64,000 nucleotides of DNA from an uncultured virus (IMG/VR IMGVR_UViG_3300010158_000034) (taxonomy: Duplodnaviria > Heunggongvirae > Uroviricota > Caudoviricetes), in the IMG/VR virus record IMGVR_UViG_3300010158_000034; one strand, written 5' to 3'. Shown one piece after another: positions 9,701-19,265 of this stretch. Each line of letters begins with the position of its first letter. The first letter of the stretch is position 1. Under the pieces are notes generated by a model. It was not told where the DNA came from, searched no databases, and saw only the letters and a list, made by a program, of their open reading frames with translations. Position numbers and translations under genes: made by a program.

Positions 9701-11112
9701 GGTGTGGAAGATTTAATCCAAGGTTGATGTGCTGGGAATATTGATACTATGCTGGCAGCTTGATTAGCCACACTGTTCCACAGTCGTGTTTTAGTATCGT
9801 AAGTGGTATCAGGAAACTGTTGAGTTTGTAAACTTACTCCTGATCCAGCATTGTTGGCCCCACCGGTGTCTATGGCTACAGAGCCGCCTTTGAGTTCTAA
9901 TGCACCGCCCGATCCCACCGACACAGACCCACCGCCCAAGGTCAATGCACCTCCGGCGCCAATGTTGATTTTAGATCCATGAACATTGGTGGAACTAGTA
10001 GCAGAAATGTTGATGTCGGCACTGACTGCATTGACATAGGTGGCACCTCGTAGGTTCAATGCACTGCCGGCTTCAATGTTGATGTTCTTGTCAGCACGTA
10101 GGTTTAAATCGCCTTGAGCACGAACACTGAAACTGCCACCGTTGTAGATGTTCATGTCACCATTTTTACTCAGCTCAATCCAACTACTGCCACTGGAGTT
10201 AATGATAAACATGATGCCTTCTGTATCATTCATTAGGATCTGATGTCCTGCAGATGAACGTATGCGTACCAACTGGTCTTTGCCGTTGACATCACCGTCG
10301 TCCATGACAAATGTATGTCCACCTTTTCTGGCCTTGACTTCGTAGTCAAGAATGTTGATTGACCCGTCGGCTAATTTTTTCTCGTAGGTGGGATCATCTG
10401 CGGGATCGTTGCCCAAGGCTCGGCCCGGGGTACTGATACCAAACACATGACTGGGACTTTCTCTATGGCTGTTGGAACTTATGGCACCACGCACAGCATC
10501 TCTGTCCAGTCCTTGCTGAAACAGCACATTGGCTTGAAATTCGTGTATGGGTCTGGCATTGTTATAGGAATCTGCAGCAAAAGCATCGTCTCGATTTTCG
10601 TTGTATTCTGCCACTGGCAATACTTGACTGCCGTCTGTGACTAAACTGCTTTTTAAATCTGCACTGGCCAATTCTGTGTCGGTTTTTTTAGCACCTGCCA
10701 AGGCTGGTACCATGTAATGACTTATAGTGGGGTTGACGCAGGCAAACCAATAACCGCGATCTGGATCACCATTGACAAATGTACACAGCACTTGATTGCC
10801 CACATCCGGTGGCACCATCCACATGCCGTAGGTGTGATTGGTTGTTTCAAATTTATTATTAGCGGTTTGATCGCCTACAAATGTAGCACCAAAAAACGGG
10901 CTTGCATAATTTACTGTTTGCCACGCGGATTCCACACCTTGATCTCCTAGACCAAATTCTGGAATCCATACACGTAATCTGCCCAATCTGCGAGGATCTT
11001 TATTATCTTTCACCACTCCCATAAATGTGGCCGTGTCAAATTTGATGCCCGAGTCACCGTCTCGCTTGGCCCACTTGGGTATTTTGGTTCCTGCTACTTT
11101 ATCTATTGGCAT
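6733..11112 (-). CDS. gp5: Baseplate central spike, gp5/VgrG-like, with multiple C-terminal cell-envelope hydrolase domains
   Basis: N-terminal OB-fold motif GVVKDNKDPRRLGRLRVWIP and PPDVGNQVLC, beta-helix repeats, then lysozyme-like (ETGG...GLIQF), SGNH (GDS...GSND...HP), M15 peptidase (SQH...D...H) and alpha/beta-hydrolase (GFSKG) motifs. Confidence 0.8.
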   Translation of the reverse strand: MPIDKVAGTKIPKWAKRDGDSGIKFDTATFMGVVKDNKDPRRLGRLRVWIPEFGLGDQGVESAWQTVNYASPFFGATFVGDQTANNKFETTNHTYGMWMVPPDVGNQVLCTFVNGDPDRGYWFACVNPTISHYMVPALAGAKKTDTELASADLKSSLVTDGSQVLPVAEYNENRDDAFAADSYNNARPIHEFQANVLFQQGLDRDAVRGAISSNSHRESPSHVFGISTPGRALGNDPADDPTYEKKLADGSINILDYEVKARKGGHTFVMDDGDVNGKDQLVRIRSSAGHQILMNDTEGIMFIINSSGSSWIELSKNGDMNIYNGGSFSVRAQGDLNLRADKNINIEAGSALNLRGATYVNAVSADINISATSSTNVHGSKINIGAGGALTLGGGSVSVGSGGALELKGGSVAIDTGGANNAGSGVSLQTQQFPDTTYDTKTRLWNSVANQAASIVSIFPAHQPWIKSSTPGAPTEAPVQILPASVCPPRTTSSPGDYILPKPNGNKLDLGRVHGGAKGSAPWSTDTAFLDKTKQVAANLGISNWLWLLAAMYLETGGTMDPAEPNGLGFYGLIQFGGDARKLVGYNPSDIPAFTGLSRVQQLDLVEKYFKLNAPWKKSKGRMVDVYSCINWPVATGQDLTYIVYGLNGSPPGATYTAFQNKAYSQNHFDKTGKGYVNVQDFETFMQTKLNAVKQCLANAGTAVDPGTLQSSSGIKVTDSSGNAIASGSKTTSANTDVGINNAYGRTVSSSCPKDWLGKAELYKSPGAISSAAPLLTQAYATNMHAELGYFESQWDYASTGGKTSTPAGAAINVGTKGTILVMGDSIAWGTGQALQKKLSSTSVMARVGDNSTTILANAKNPPAPASGRVGTYQDYQYENDWVGKVKVAVISCGSNDIVKGVGNKTLLIENLKAIRAALRAEKYIWILPYDSIACAAVTQVASITGDKTVALTDYPSGDKPPLHPTSYPNVAGALQKIITEITAGSSASNSDATAKATPGDGTRIGKYQVDAYLLAEAGYIKPDAIKQYGAQTLSKNESWTGKDSIRSQKDFFANKQLQDDLQNKEFLANYKTLVTNKGIKPEDDICMAAGMLFVAHKYRSAALAAEWRQSGKVKTPPTVAGEAGTAEEYFNHGRYAIDVLSAQAITGTSNAAGPIDLSIDPDTVMLFRSSGTGTRARFDASTPVLRSATLQLAKAYKEKYDKKMQVNSTLRTNEEQAGLYNAWVAGGKKGNLVAPPGTSQHNLGQAMDIQHDVYALDTELGLGKYNLKTIPNDWPHIQTINTKATDATTEPKASGPGDQLVVLITGLEKAGEAYKTGVRALAAQLTGLGAAAEVFSCTDIGGASAYVVKNRGTKKVILIGFSKGAEIVNQMAATGMKIDLMVCIDGFPTVGMRLANLPSNVVRAVNYYNPRNYGDAGYGNPYPAPPPAPRVTHIASSVNHMAIVAAVSANIISDVRSA

Positions 11113-11132
11113 ATTTTATATTTAAGTTGATG

Positions 11133-14114
11133 TTATATGGAGTAACCAATTATTGATTCACCTGTGGCTAGAGAGTTATCGCCAATGGCCACTGTGACAG
11201 CAGTGTCCACTACTGTCTGTAAATCAAATGTTCCAAGATCCGATTCAGGCAATTCTCTCAACACTGTGGTAGCAACTGGAGGTGTTTTGAACTTTTCTTT
11301 GGTTTTGATCCTTGTTTTCTCTTCTACTCTTGCAGTACTTAAATTAACATTGTTGGTTTTTTGTTTTGCATTTTTGCTTTGTTCTGGTGCTTTGATTGTT
11401 TTATCTCGCTCAACATTGTCAGTGCTTTTTTTACCATCGCCGGGTTGATTTATTTGTCTTACAGTTTCTAAAGTTTGCATAAATTTACCACTACGAAACT
11501 CACTGGAAACTTTTAAAACTCGATACAGCCCACTGAAGCTGCTGGTACTATCACCTTTATAATACGCCAATCCGCCGGTGGCTTCATTGATGTCGGCGGG
11601 GGTTTTAAATGTCACTCGACAATATATTGCCCCGCGATCCATTACCAAACTGCTTGCTTCTCCGTCGACAAATTGTTGGTTGGGTTTATAATCTGTTGTA
11701 AGTGCTGTATATAATATATCATCCTGTTTAATAAAATCTGGATCGCCTATGATGTTTAATTTTAAATTTAACATGTCACCGCCCATTTGACTGTAAAGAC
11801 TATCTCTAAAACTGGTATTTTTTTGTGCTTCGGCGCTGCCTAAATTACCACCGCTGGAATTGGAAACATTAAGAGGCATGGGTATTTGTTCCGGGTTGGT
11901 TGGGTTCCCATATCCGGTTTTGATTGAAATTTCTGACGAGTCGCTGGCTGTGTTTGCATCATTGTTGTTGAGAGCTTTACTCGTTGCTGCCTTGGCATTC
12001 TTGTCCACTTGTATTGCAGTAAAAAATAAAGCATTAAAATCTATGTCAAAAGAAATAACATCTTGATTTTTTCCAGTATAAAAATATTGATAATCTTTAA
12101 CTGCATTTGGTAATTGAGATTTTGCCGCACGATCGTCGCTGGTGTTGTAGTAAATATATTCGCTGATGATAAAGGTGATTTTTTTACCCCAGGCCTGTCG
12201 CTGGTTGTCAAACTTTGTCAGTTCAATGTGAGGAACTACTTTAAACCAATTTATATTTTTATTTCCAACAGCCTTACTAAGATCCTTGGCACTGGTTGGA
12301 ATAGACATATCTTTATTTTGATCACCATCACGTTTCAATTGATTTGTGATGTACTCGCTATTGGTTATAACCTGTTCTACTATTGATTGAATTGAAGTTC
12401 CGGCATTGACTGTAAATGTTTGTCTGGTTTCTTGGCCAGATTGAACTGCTGCGGGCCCATTGGGATTGTCATTCTTCAACTGCACTGCTATAGCAGAAGG
12501 ATCATCATTCATTGGCTTTTTATTTTCATTGAGTTTTTTAGGCGGAACCAACAGGGCATTTTTTATTTTATCGCTGGTAATTTTAAAAAAGATTTCATCC
12601 GGTACAGTGATATTTTTTTCTTTATTGATTATCAATGCTTGATACCAGGCATTGTACGCAGCAGCCAGACCTTGATCTGTTTTAATTACAAAATTTAGAT
12701 TACTGGCAGACCCTGCAGGAGTTGAGGTTTTGTCTTTGACTACTGGTGTAGTTGCCTGTTTAGTCTTTAAAGTGGGATCCGAGTCTTTTACTAACTCAGT
12801 TCCATCATCGTAATTGGTTATTTTAATAGAGGCTATCGCTTCTTTTCTCTCGTCATCTTTTTTCACTTCGGTTTGAATAGAATTGGCAAAAGATTTAATT
12901 GTTGCAGCGTTTGCCCCTTGTTCATTGAGATACTCGCCCACTGTGCCGGCTGTGACTTCCACTGTGGTTTTGAGTGATTGTGTGTTGGAAAAGTTGGCCT
13001 GATGATTGAATGGTACCGCAGTGATTTGATATTCTGTGCCTTTGACTGTGGCCCGCATTTTCATGTTAATTAATTTAATGGGGATTTTTTTATTTAATTC
13101 TGCAATTTTTTTCTCTTGAGCCCCGGCATCGTTGTAACCAAAAAAATCAATTTCTAATAGATAAGGAACTTGCAAGTAGTTTTCTATTTGTAGAGTTTTT
13201 TCGCTGAGATCCAGCAATCTATTGATCAATGTCATACCGTAGGGCTCGATGATGGTGAAAGATATTTCAATGGCGTTGCCAGATCTGCTGGTGGCATTGA
13301 GTCCAATCACTGTGCCTAACTTTAACTCTTCAAAATAAAAGTCATCAGTAAAAAACTCACTTCTGGTGGCATGATGTCTACTGGCAGAACTGATCAATGT
13401 GTGATTAATTTTAAACTGTTTTGGATTGTTGTTTAATTGTTTATAGTCGGCTTGAGTGAGTGCATGTAGACTCAACCCATAGGTATAATTGTTGTATTGA
13501 TGTAGCCGATTTTCTGTTGTTTTATAAGTTATCTCAGCGGTATCTTCGGCAGTGGAAGTATTTTTTTTGTTTGATTGATCTGCTTTGGTCAATGGGCCAC
13601 CGGCTTGATTACCTGTACTGGTGGGCGATTTCAATGTGGCCTGTTGTGCAGGATTGGGTTTATAAGGTACTGCGGCGCCTTCACTGCCCCAGGCATTGGG
13701 GTTGTAAGGATCAATGTTGTTTGTTTCTTCTTTGGTTAATTTGGTGGTACCCGTGGGCACTGTGGTTCCAGTTTGGTCGCTGTCTGTGACCACTGCGTCT
13801 GTGGCAGTGTTGGAACCGGGATCGGCAGTCTTGGAATCCAGATAAGCAGCAGTGGTGTTCAAGAGTTTGATTGTGGCGGTGTTTTTTAGTCGCAACTCGG
13901 CAAGAAGTTCGGTATCCCCATTTGCTTTGGCATCGGCGATGCGAGATTCAAATTGAGTTTGCTTGTTACTCAGTGATTTAAATATCTCTGTTAAATTAGA
14001 CCTGTTTTGAGCAATGGCTTGGGCATCTCCATTGGCAATAGCGGCACTCAGTTGTGCAGCATAGTCATTGGCAAGGTTTTCTAAGGTGTCAAGTACAGGG
14101 TAGCCGGTGGCCAT
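11133..14114 (-). CDS. Putative baseplate hub / contractile-tail structural protein
   Basis: 993 aa; lies between the LysM/gp53-like and gp5-like genes; motifs NRLHQYNNYTY, IIEPYG, LNIIGDPDFI and GLYRVLKVSSEFRSGKFMQTL resemble gp27/late-control-D-type hub proteins. Confidence 0.6.
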   Translation of the reverse strand: MATGYPVLDTLENLANDYAAQLSAAIANGDAQAIAQNRSNLTEIFKSLSNKQTQFESRIADAKANGDTELLAELRLKNTATIKLLNTTAAYLDSKTADPGSNTATDAVVTDSDQTGTTVPTGTTKLTKEETNNIDPYNPNAWGSEGAAVPYKPNPAQQATLKSPTSTGNQAGGPLTKADQSNKKNTSTAEDTAEITYKTTENRLHQYNNYTYGLSLHALTQADYKQLNNNPKQFKINHTLISSASRHHATRSEFFTDDFYFEELKLGTVIGLNATSRSGNAIEISFTIIEPYGMTLINRLLDLSEKTLQIENYLQVPYLLEIDFFGYNDAGAQEKKIAELNKKIPIKLINMKMRATVKGTEYQITAVPFNHQANFSNTQSLKTTVEVTAGTVGEYLNEQGANAATIKSFANSIQTEVKKDDERKEAIASIKITNYDDGTELVKDSDPTLKTKQATTPVVKDKTSTPAGSASNLNFVIKTDQGLAAAYNAWYQALIINKEKNITVPDEIFFKITSDKIKNALLVPPKKLNENKKPMNDDPSAIAVQLKNDNPNGPAAVQSGQETRQTFTVNAGTSIQSIVEQVITNSEYITNQLKRDGDQNKDMSIPTSAKDLSKAVGNKNINWFKVVPHIELTKFDNQRQAWGKKITFIISEYIYYNTSDDRAAKSQLPNAVKDYQYFYTGKNQDVISFDIDFNALFFTAIQVDKNAKAATSKALNNNDANTASDSSEISIKTGYGNPTNPEQIPMPLNVSNSSGGNLGSAEAQKNTSFRDSLYSQMGGDMLNLKLNIIGDPDFIKQDDILYTALTTDYKPNQQFVDGEASSLVMDRGAIYCRVTFKTPADINEATGGLAYYKGDSTSSFSGLYRVLKVSSEFRSGKFMQTLETVRQINQPGDGKKSTDNVERDKTIKAPEQSKNAKQKTNNVNLSTARVEEKTRIKTKEKFKTPPVATTVLRELPESDLGTFDLQTVVDTAVTVAIGDNSLATGESIIGYSI

Positions 14115-14117
14115 GAG

Positions 14118-14423
14118 TTAAATTCCCAAATCTGCGGTCAATTGAGACTTGGTGGGGATCTGTATCACCGCCCCGGAACGAAAATCCAACAAGGGATCTT
14201 CAATCACATTGGGGTTACGAGCAGCAAACACCCACCATAAAGCACTGTCACCATACAAGTCAAATGCCAACAGGTCGGGACGAAATTGATAAATTGCGTC
14301 TATAGTATAAACTACATCGTCATCCTGTGCAGTGATGGGTCGTGCAGTTAATACATCAAGAAACTGACCAAAACTTGCAGTGCCAAAGTACGGGCTGGAT
14401 CTACTGTAGGTAACTTGAGCCAT
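14118..14423 (-). CDS. Baseplate wedge protein, gp53/LysM-like
   Basis: RPDLLAFDLYGDSALWWVFAARNP...IQIP motif of the gp53/tail-X LysM-like family. Confidence 0.8.
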   Translation of the reverse strand: MAQVTYSRSSPYFGTASFGQFLDVLTARPITAQDDDVVYTIDAIYQFRPDLLAFDLYGDSALWWVFAARNPNVIEDPLLDFRSGAVIQIPTKSQLTADLGI

Positions 14424-15331
14424 TATAAGAATCCTCCATTGCCAGATAATAGTTGTCCTTTTGCAAATTTGCCCAGTGTAAAGTTTTTGTAAATGTTGGC
14501 TCTGCTGTATACCGGTTGCACTGTTACAGATAATTGACTGGCTGTGGGCAGTCTTACCAATCGATTGGCGGCAGATTTAGTACCGGTGGACACTGTGGCC
14601 GAAGATCCTACAGGAATTTCTATATAATCTACTGAATCCGGCAGGGTGTGTGTGAAGTTTGTTATTACACAACTCACATGCGGAAAATAAAAGTCCCCGT
14701 AGCCATCTAAAAATACTATGGGCGGTGGGTTTCCAGCATTTGTATCATTACCAAAAAACATTTTGGTACAGGTTCTAAAAAAGTATATGGCTGCCAGCAG
14801 ATATTGTCCTTCGTCTAGGTTTTGCACAGTGAAGTCTCCACTGATGGTGATTGCACCCACATCCGAGCCTTCATAAAAATAATTTTTATAATTGCTGTGT
14901 GTCAGAGCTTGTTCTTGATATCTGGCATTGTGTGCCACAGTGATTGCAGGTGTGTACGGAAAAATTACCCCTGTTTCAGCAGTTCTTGTCAAGGGAGATA
15001 ACAATGATGTATCAGCATCGTCCATCAACGGTGTCCACCCGGTTCCGGCTAGACTTATACGCACTCGCCAATCCACTGGTTGTGGTTGACCTTGGCTCAG
15101 GGTGTTTACCTTGGGCATTGTGGTAACACGATTGGTTTGGGCACCTCCGGAAAATAACCCAGCAGCTCGTTTTCTTATACTGCTCATGTCTAGAAAACTG
15201 GAAGCTGATCCCTTGTCTTTGACAGAATCGGTACTGGGACTGGAGCTCAAAGAGCCGTCATTGCCCACAGCCAGCGTGGAGCCATCGTCAAATGTTTGCA
15301 TACTGGAACCGTCATCGTATTGTATTGGCAT
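14423..15331 (-). CDS. Tail tube initiator / baseplate tube-cap-like protein (gp48/gp54-like)
   Basis: IFPYTP, GNPPPIVFLDGYG and CVITNFTHTLP motifs of contractile-system tube initiators; position in the baseplate cluster. Confidence 0.6.
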   Translation of the reverse strand: MPIQYDDGSSMQTFDDGSTLAVGNDGSLSSSPSTDSVKDKGSASSFLDMSSIRKRAAGLFSGGAQTNRVTTMPKVNTLSQGQPQPVDWRVRISLAGTGWTPLMDDADTSLLSPLTRTAETGVIFPYTPAITVAHNARYQEQALTHSNYKNYFYEGSDVGAITISGDFTVQNLDEGQYLLAAIYFFRTCTKMFFGNDTNAGNPPPIVFLDGYGDFYFPHVSCVITNFTHTLPDSVDYIEIPVGSSATVSTGTKSAANRLVRLPTASQLSVTVQPVYSRANIYKNFTLGKFAKGQLLSGNGGFL

Positions 15332-15360
15332 ATTTGTTCTGTGATAATTAAGTTATACAG

Positions 15361-15368
15361 TATTTATA
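15361..15368 (-). promoter_or_regulatory. T4-type late promoter TATAAATA for the baseplate operon
   Basis: Exact TATAAATA on the minus strand, 30 nt upstream of the 15331 start codon. Confidence 0.7.
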
Positions 15369-15452
15369 AACAAAATAAACTGCTATTATTATAAAAGTGG
15401 TTGACCCAAGGTGTAAATATATGTTAGTATACACTTACAACGAGGAAATAAA

Positions 15453-16328
15453 TTGCGCCAAAATTACTTAAATAACAAAGATATACTCAAAGAAATCCAC
15501 AAAAGCAAAACTACTTATTGCAGTTACAGCGACCCCGGTTATGTCAACTATGACATGATACTGCCCACAGTGGACAAAATTAACAAGAAAAATACACTGG
15601 AAGGCCGTAGGTTACGTGCAGAACGCTTGGGCAAATTGGCACACGAAACTGCTGTGGCTGAAACCGGTGTCAAGAGAAAATTGGATGAATTTCAAGTCAA
15701 GTTACGTGATGTTGCCGACAGTGATGTAGTATTCAGAATCATGACATGGGATCACATTCCTGTAGATGATGTCAAAACTCGAAAAGCCCGCATGAGTGCC
15801 TTGGACATTGATGACTCAGAAGATCCACTTATTACAGAATACGACGAATTAGATACCACACACAACAAATATGTCAAGGTAAACTTTCCCCCATTTCAGC
15901 ACTGGCGAATCAATGAGTCAGGCGCGGCAGAATGTGTGGGCAAAAGTCACTGGAGTGGAGCTGTTGACACAGGCCGATTCAATAGAGATCACGGAAAAAT
16001 GACAGCAAAATTGGCACACATGTTTGTTAAACTGTGCGAACGTTATGCCACTCGTAGCAACTGGCGTGGCTACACCTACAATGACGAGATGCGTAGCCAA
16101 GCACTGCTACAACTGAGTCAAATTGGCCTGCAATTTGACGAATCAAAAAGTCAAAACCCGTTTGCCTACTACACTGCTGCAATTACCAATAGTTTTACCC
16201 GTGTGCTCAATATCGAAAAGCGAAATCAAAATCTTCGTGATGACATACTGGAAATGAACGGCTTAACACCCAGTTATACTCGACAGGGCGACTGGGGTTC
16301 AGGTGTGGGCCACGGGTCAGACGAATGA
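15453..16328 (+). CDS. gp55: Sigma factor for late transcription, gp55-like
   Basis: NYLNNKDIL N-terminus and NWRGYTYNDEM...FDESKSQNPFAYYT motifs; TTG start with a GAGG Shine-Dalgarno sequence. Confidence 0.85.
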   Translation: MRQNYLNNKDILKEIHKSKTTYCSYSDPGYVNYDMILPTVDKINKKNTLEGRRLRAERLGKLAHETAVAETGVKRKLDEFQVKLRDVADSDVVFRIMTWDHIPVDDVKTRKARMSALDIDDSEDPLITEYDELDTTHNKYVKVNFPPFQHWRINESGAAECVGKSHWSGAVDTGRFNRDHGKMTAKLAHMFVKLCERYATRSNWRGYTYNDEMRSQALLQLSQIGLQFDESKSQNPFAYYTAAITNSFTRVLNIEKRNQNLRDDILEMNGLTPSYTRQGDWGSGVGHGSDE

Positions 16329-17077
16329 TAGTTTATTCAAATTCTTGCAGTTTTGGTAGCATTCAAGAGCATGTTATTTACCCTGAATTGGTATCAACTG
16401 AACTTAAAGGAAAATTATTAAACGAGGGAATTCCAGGTTCGTGTAACCGACGTATTATACGTAGTTCTATTAGATCGCTAATTGATATTAGAAAACACCA
16501 CATTGGGCCTGTACTAGCATTGATTGGATTAACATTTATCAGTAGAACCGAACTATGGCAACCACATTTGCCATCCAATGGCAACGACGGAGATTTTCAC
16601 CCAATCACAAGTTTATCTATAAAGAAACTCGATTGGTCTACCGGGCTAGTTAATACTAAACACAATGTATACGAATATGCCGATTCTGAAGTAAAAAATT
16701 ACTATAAACAGTGGCTTCTACACTTTAGTAAAGAAGCAGAAGTTACTAATTTACTGACCGATATAATTATGTTTGAGTCTTTTGCTAAATCCAATGGCAT
16801 TGACTGTTTAATTTTTTGTAACTGTCAAAAATTTCCATCATTACCTGAGGTGTCGACCTCGGCTCCTTTTTTAAATAGTTTAGTAGAATTTTCATATACA
16901 AAAAATTCCATTATTGATTTATGGAATTTTAGTTTTGCAGATTTTGCTTTGGACAACGGGTATCAGCCTAAGGACTATTTAAAATATGGAGCGAATGGGC
17001 ATCCAGGAAAAGTTGCCCATGAAAAATTTGGGTTTCATCTACTAGAAATATACAAGACAAATATTACTAAAGAGTAA
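16325..17077 (+). CDS. Hypothetical SGNH-hydrolase-like protein
   Basis: N-terminal NSCSFG (GxS-like block), GSCNRRIIR and C-terminal GHPG..AH; AT-rich by eye; ATGA overlap with gp55. Confidence 0.55.
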   Translation: MIVYSNSCSFGSIQEHVIYPELVSTELKGKLLNEGIPGSCNRRIIRSSIRSLIDIRKHHIGPVLALIGLTFISRTELWQPHLPSNGNDGDFHPITSLSIKKLDWSTGLVNTKHNVYEYADSEVKNYYKQWLLHFSKEAEVTNLLTDIIMFESFAKSNGIDCLIFCNCQKFPSLPEVSTSAPFLNSLVEFSYTKNSIIDLWNFSFADFALDNGYQPKDYLKYGANGHPGKVAHEKFGFHLLEIYKTNITKE

Positions 17078-17085
17078 ATCAGTGG

Positions 17086-17115
17086 TTGCAAATGTATGGA
17101 TAAATTTGCTACACT
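17086..17115 (+). promoter_or_regulatory. Sigma70-like promoter for gp47, probably producing a leaderless mRNA
   Basis: TTGCAA-18 nt-TACACT with a TGn extension; ATG lies 6 nt after the -10 box and has no Shine-Dalgarno sequence. Confidence 0.5.
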
Positions 17116-17121
17116 ATGTAA

Positions 17122-18141
17122 ATGACCAACTTATTTAAAAAAGCAGCAGTTTTCACAGACATACATTTTGGCTTGAAAAGCAACAGCACCTTGCACAACG
17201 AGGATTGTTTGGCATTTGTCAAATGGGCCACTGCTCGGGCCCGGGCAGAAGGCTGTGAAACTTGTATTTTTACCGGTGACTGGCACAACAATCGTGCGTC
17301 GATCAATATTCTCACACTGGGCTACAGCCTACGTGCTTTGGAGCATTTGAATGAAAACTTTTCGCAAACATTCTTTATTCCCGGCAATCACGATTTATAT
17401 TATCGTGACAAGCGTGATGTACAAAGTGTGGAGTGGGCCCGACACCTGGCCAACATCCATATTTGTAACGATTGGACTACTATGGGCGATGTTACTATTG
17501 CTCCGTGGCTGGTGGGCGACGACCATAAACGATTAAAGAAGCTGTCCGGCAAGTACATGTTTGGGCATTTTGAACTGCCGGGCTACTTGATGAATGCCAT
17601 GGTGGCCATGCCGGATCACGGTGAAGTCGATCCTCGAACGGATTTGACCGGATTTGAACATGTTTATTCTGGACACTTTCATAAAAGACAAACTAGAGGC
17701 AATGTCACTTACTTGGGCAACTGTTTCCCGCACAACTATGCTGATGCCGGTGACGATGATAGAGGCCTAATGATACTGGAGTGGGATCATGAACCGGTGT
17801 ATCATGCATGGCCCGATCAGCCCAGATATCGTGTGTTTCAACTCAGTGATGTACTCAAGCACACCGAGTCCATGTTGGAACCCAATATGCATGTTAGAGT
17901 TAACCTAGACATTGATATTAGTTACGAAGAAGCCACTTTTATCAAAGAAACTTTTATAGATACGTATAAGTTACGAGAGATTACACTTATACCGGCCAAA
18001 GTGACAGAGTTGTCTGATTACGAAATAGCTGGCAATATTAATTTTGAAAGTGTGGATCAAATTGTGTTTGGACAGTTGAGCAACATCGAAAGCGAACAAT
18101 TCAATAAAAATCTGTTATTAGATATCTATAGGAATTTATAA
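17122..18141 (+). CDS. gp47: Recombination endonuclease subunit (Mre11/SbcD-like)
   Basis: Metallophosphoesterase motifs DIHFG, GDWH, GNHD, GHF and SGHFH. Confidence 0.92.
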   Translation: MTNLFKKAAVFTDIHFGLKSNSTLHNEDCLAFVKWATARARAEGCETCIFTGDWHNNRASINILTLGYSLRALEHLNENFSQTFFIPGNHDLYYRDKRDVQSVEWARHLANIHICNDWTTMGDVTIAPWLVGDDHKRLKKLSGKYMFGHFELPGYLMNAMVAMPDHGEVDPRTDLTGFEHVYSGHFHKRQTRGNVTYLGNCFPHNYADAGDDDRGLMILEWDHEPVYHAWPDQPRYRVFQLSDVLKHTESMLEPNMHVRVNLDIDISYEEATFIKETFIDTYKLREITLIPAKVTELSDYEIAGNINFESVDQIVFGQLSNIESEQFNKNLLLDIYRNL

Positions 18142-19265
18142 TGTCTGACTCTTTTTGTGTTAATCCTTGGATTAGTATGCACTATTTCATGGGCAAACAA
18201 ATTAATCCTTGCTGTTTGTTTGCAGGCGGGATAAAAACAAACAACATCAATGAATATGCCAATAGTACACAATTGGCCAACATAAAACAAAATTTACTCG
18301 ACAATAAAAAAATTAACGAATGTGCTACCTGTTGGAATCAAGAAAGTCAAGGCGGTGTCAGCAAACGCCAACAAGATAATAAAACTTACAAGAAAATATT
18401 TGATTATCAATTTAAAAATCAACTAACAGAACCCAATACCAATTTTGTTGAATACTATGTTAGGTTGGGAAATCATTGCAATATACGATGCACTACCTGT
18501 AACGATACACTAAGTACTGGCTGGATAAGTGAAAAGAAAAAATTCAATTTGCCGTCGGGTCCTGTGCTGAATATTACATCTGCAGATCCAATTTGGCAAC
18601 ACCTCAAAGACCATGCAAAGAATATAGCCAGCATAGAATTCATCGGGGGCGAACCGTTTATGATGAACATCGACGAACAACGCGATTTATTTGATTATTT
18701 TGTAAAGTCCGGCGATGCTAGACATATTAAATTAAAATACAATACAAACGGCACACGTATGCCTGCAGAACAAATAGAATTCTGGAGCAAATTTGGTGAG
18801 ATTGAGTTAAATGTTAGTATGGACGGAGTAGAGAATCAATTTGAATATTTAAGATTTCCGGCAGTATGGTCTGAATTTGATGCAAATTTAACCAAGTACA
18901 AAGAATTGGCCACGATATTACCTAATTTAAAATTAACGGTGATGCACACATTGAGTATATTTAATATTGGGTATGTGCAAAAAACTATAGATTATTGTAA
19001 AGAAAAAGAAATTGCAATATTTTTTAATATGTTACATGCTCCAACTTATTTTAATCTTTATAATTTTACAGCCGATGTGTCTGAATGGATACAAAATCAA
19101 ATCAATGAGGTTGATGATACAACTATTAAAAATATACATGACCGTTTATCAAAGGAACCAGGTTTCTCCAATTCAAAGTTTTTGAGTAAATGCCAAGAAC
19201 TTGACCGTCGTAGAGGATTAAGTATAGCAGAAACATTTCCAGAATTGTACCAATGTTTAACTTAG
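18141..19265 (+). CDS. Radical SAM protein with N-terminal twitch/SPASM-like cysteines
   Basis: CxxxCxxC as CNIRCTTC; GGEP; TNG; N-terminal FCVNPW..PCC and CATCW. Confidence 0.85.
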   Translation: MSDSFCVNPWISMHYFMGKQINPCCLFAGGIKTNNINEYANSTQLANIKQNLLDNKKINECATCWNQESQGGVSKRQQDNKTYKKIFDYQFKNQLTEPNTNFVEYYVRLGNHCNIRCTTCNDTLSTGWISEKKKFNLPSGPVLNITSADPIWQHLKDHAKNIASIEFIGGEPFMMNIDEQRDLFDYFVKSGDARHIKLKYNTNGTRMPAEQIEFWSKFGEIELNVSMDGVENQFEYLRFPAVWSEFDANLTKYKELATILPNLKLTVMHTLSIFNIGYVQKTIDYCKEKEIAIFFNMLHAPTYFNLYNFTADVSEWIQNQINEVDDTTIKNIHDRLSKEPGFSNSKFLSKCQELDRRRGLSIAETFPELYQCLT

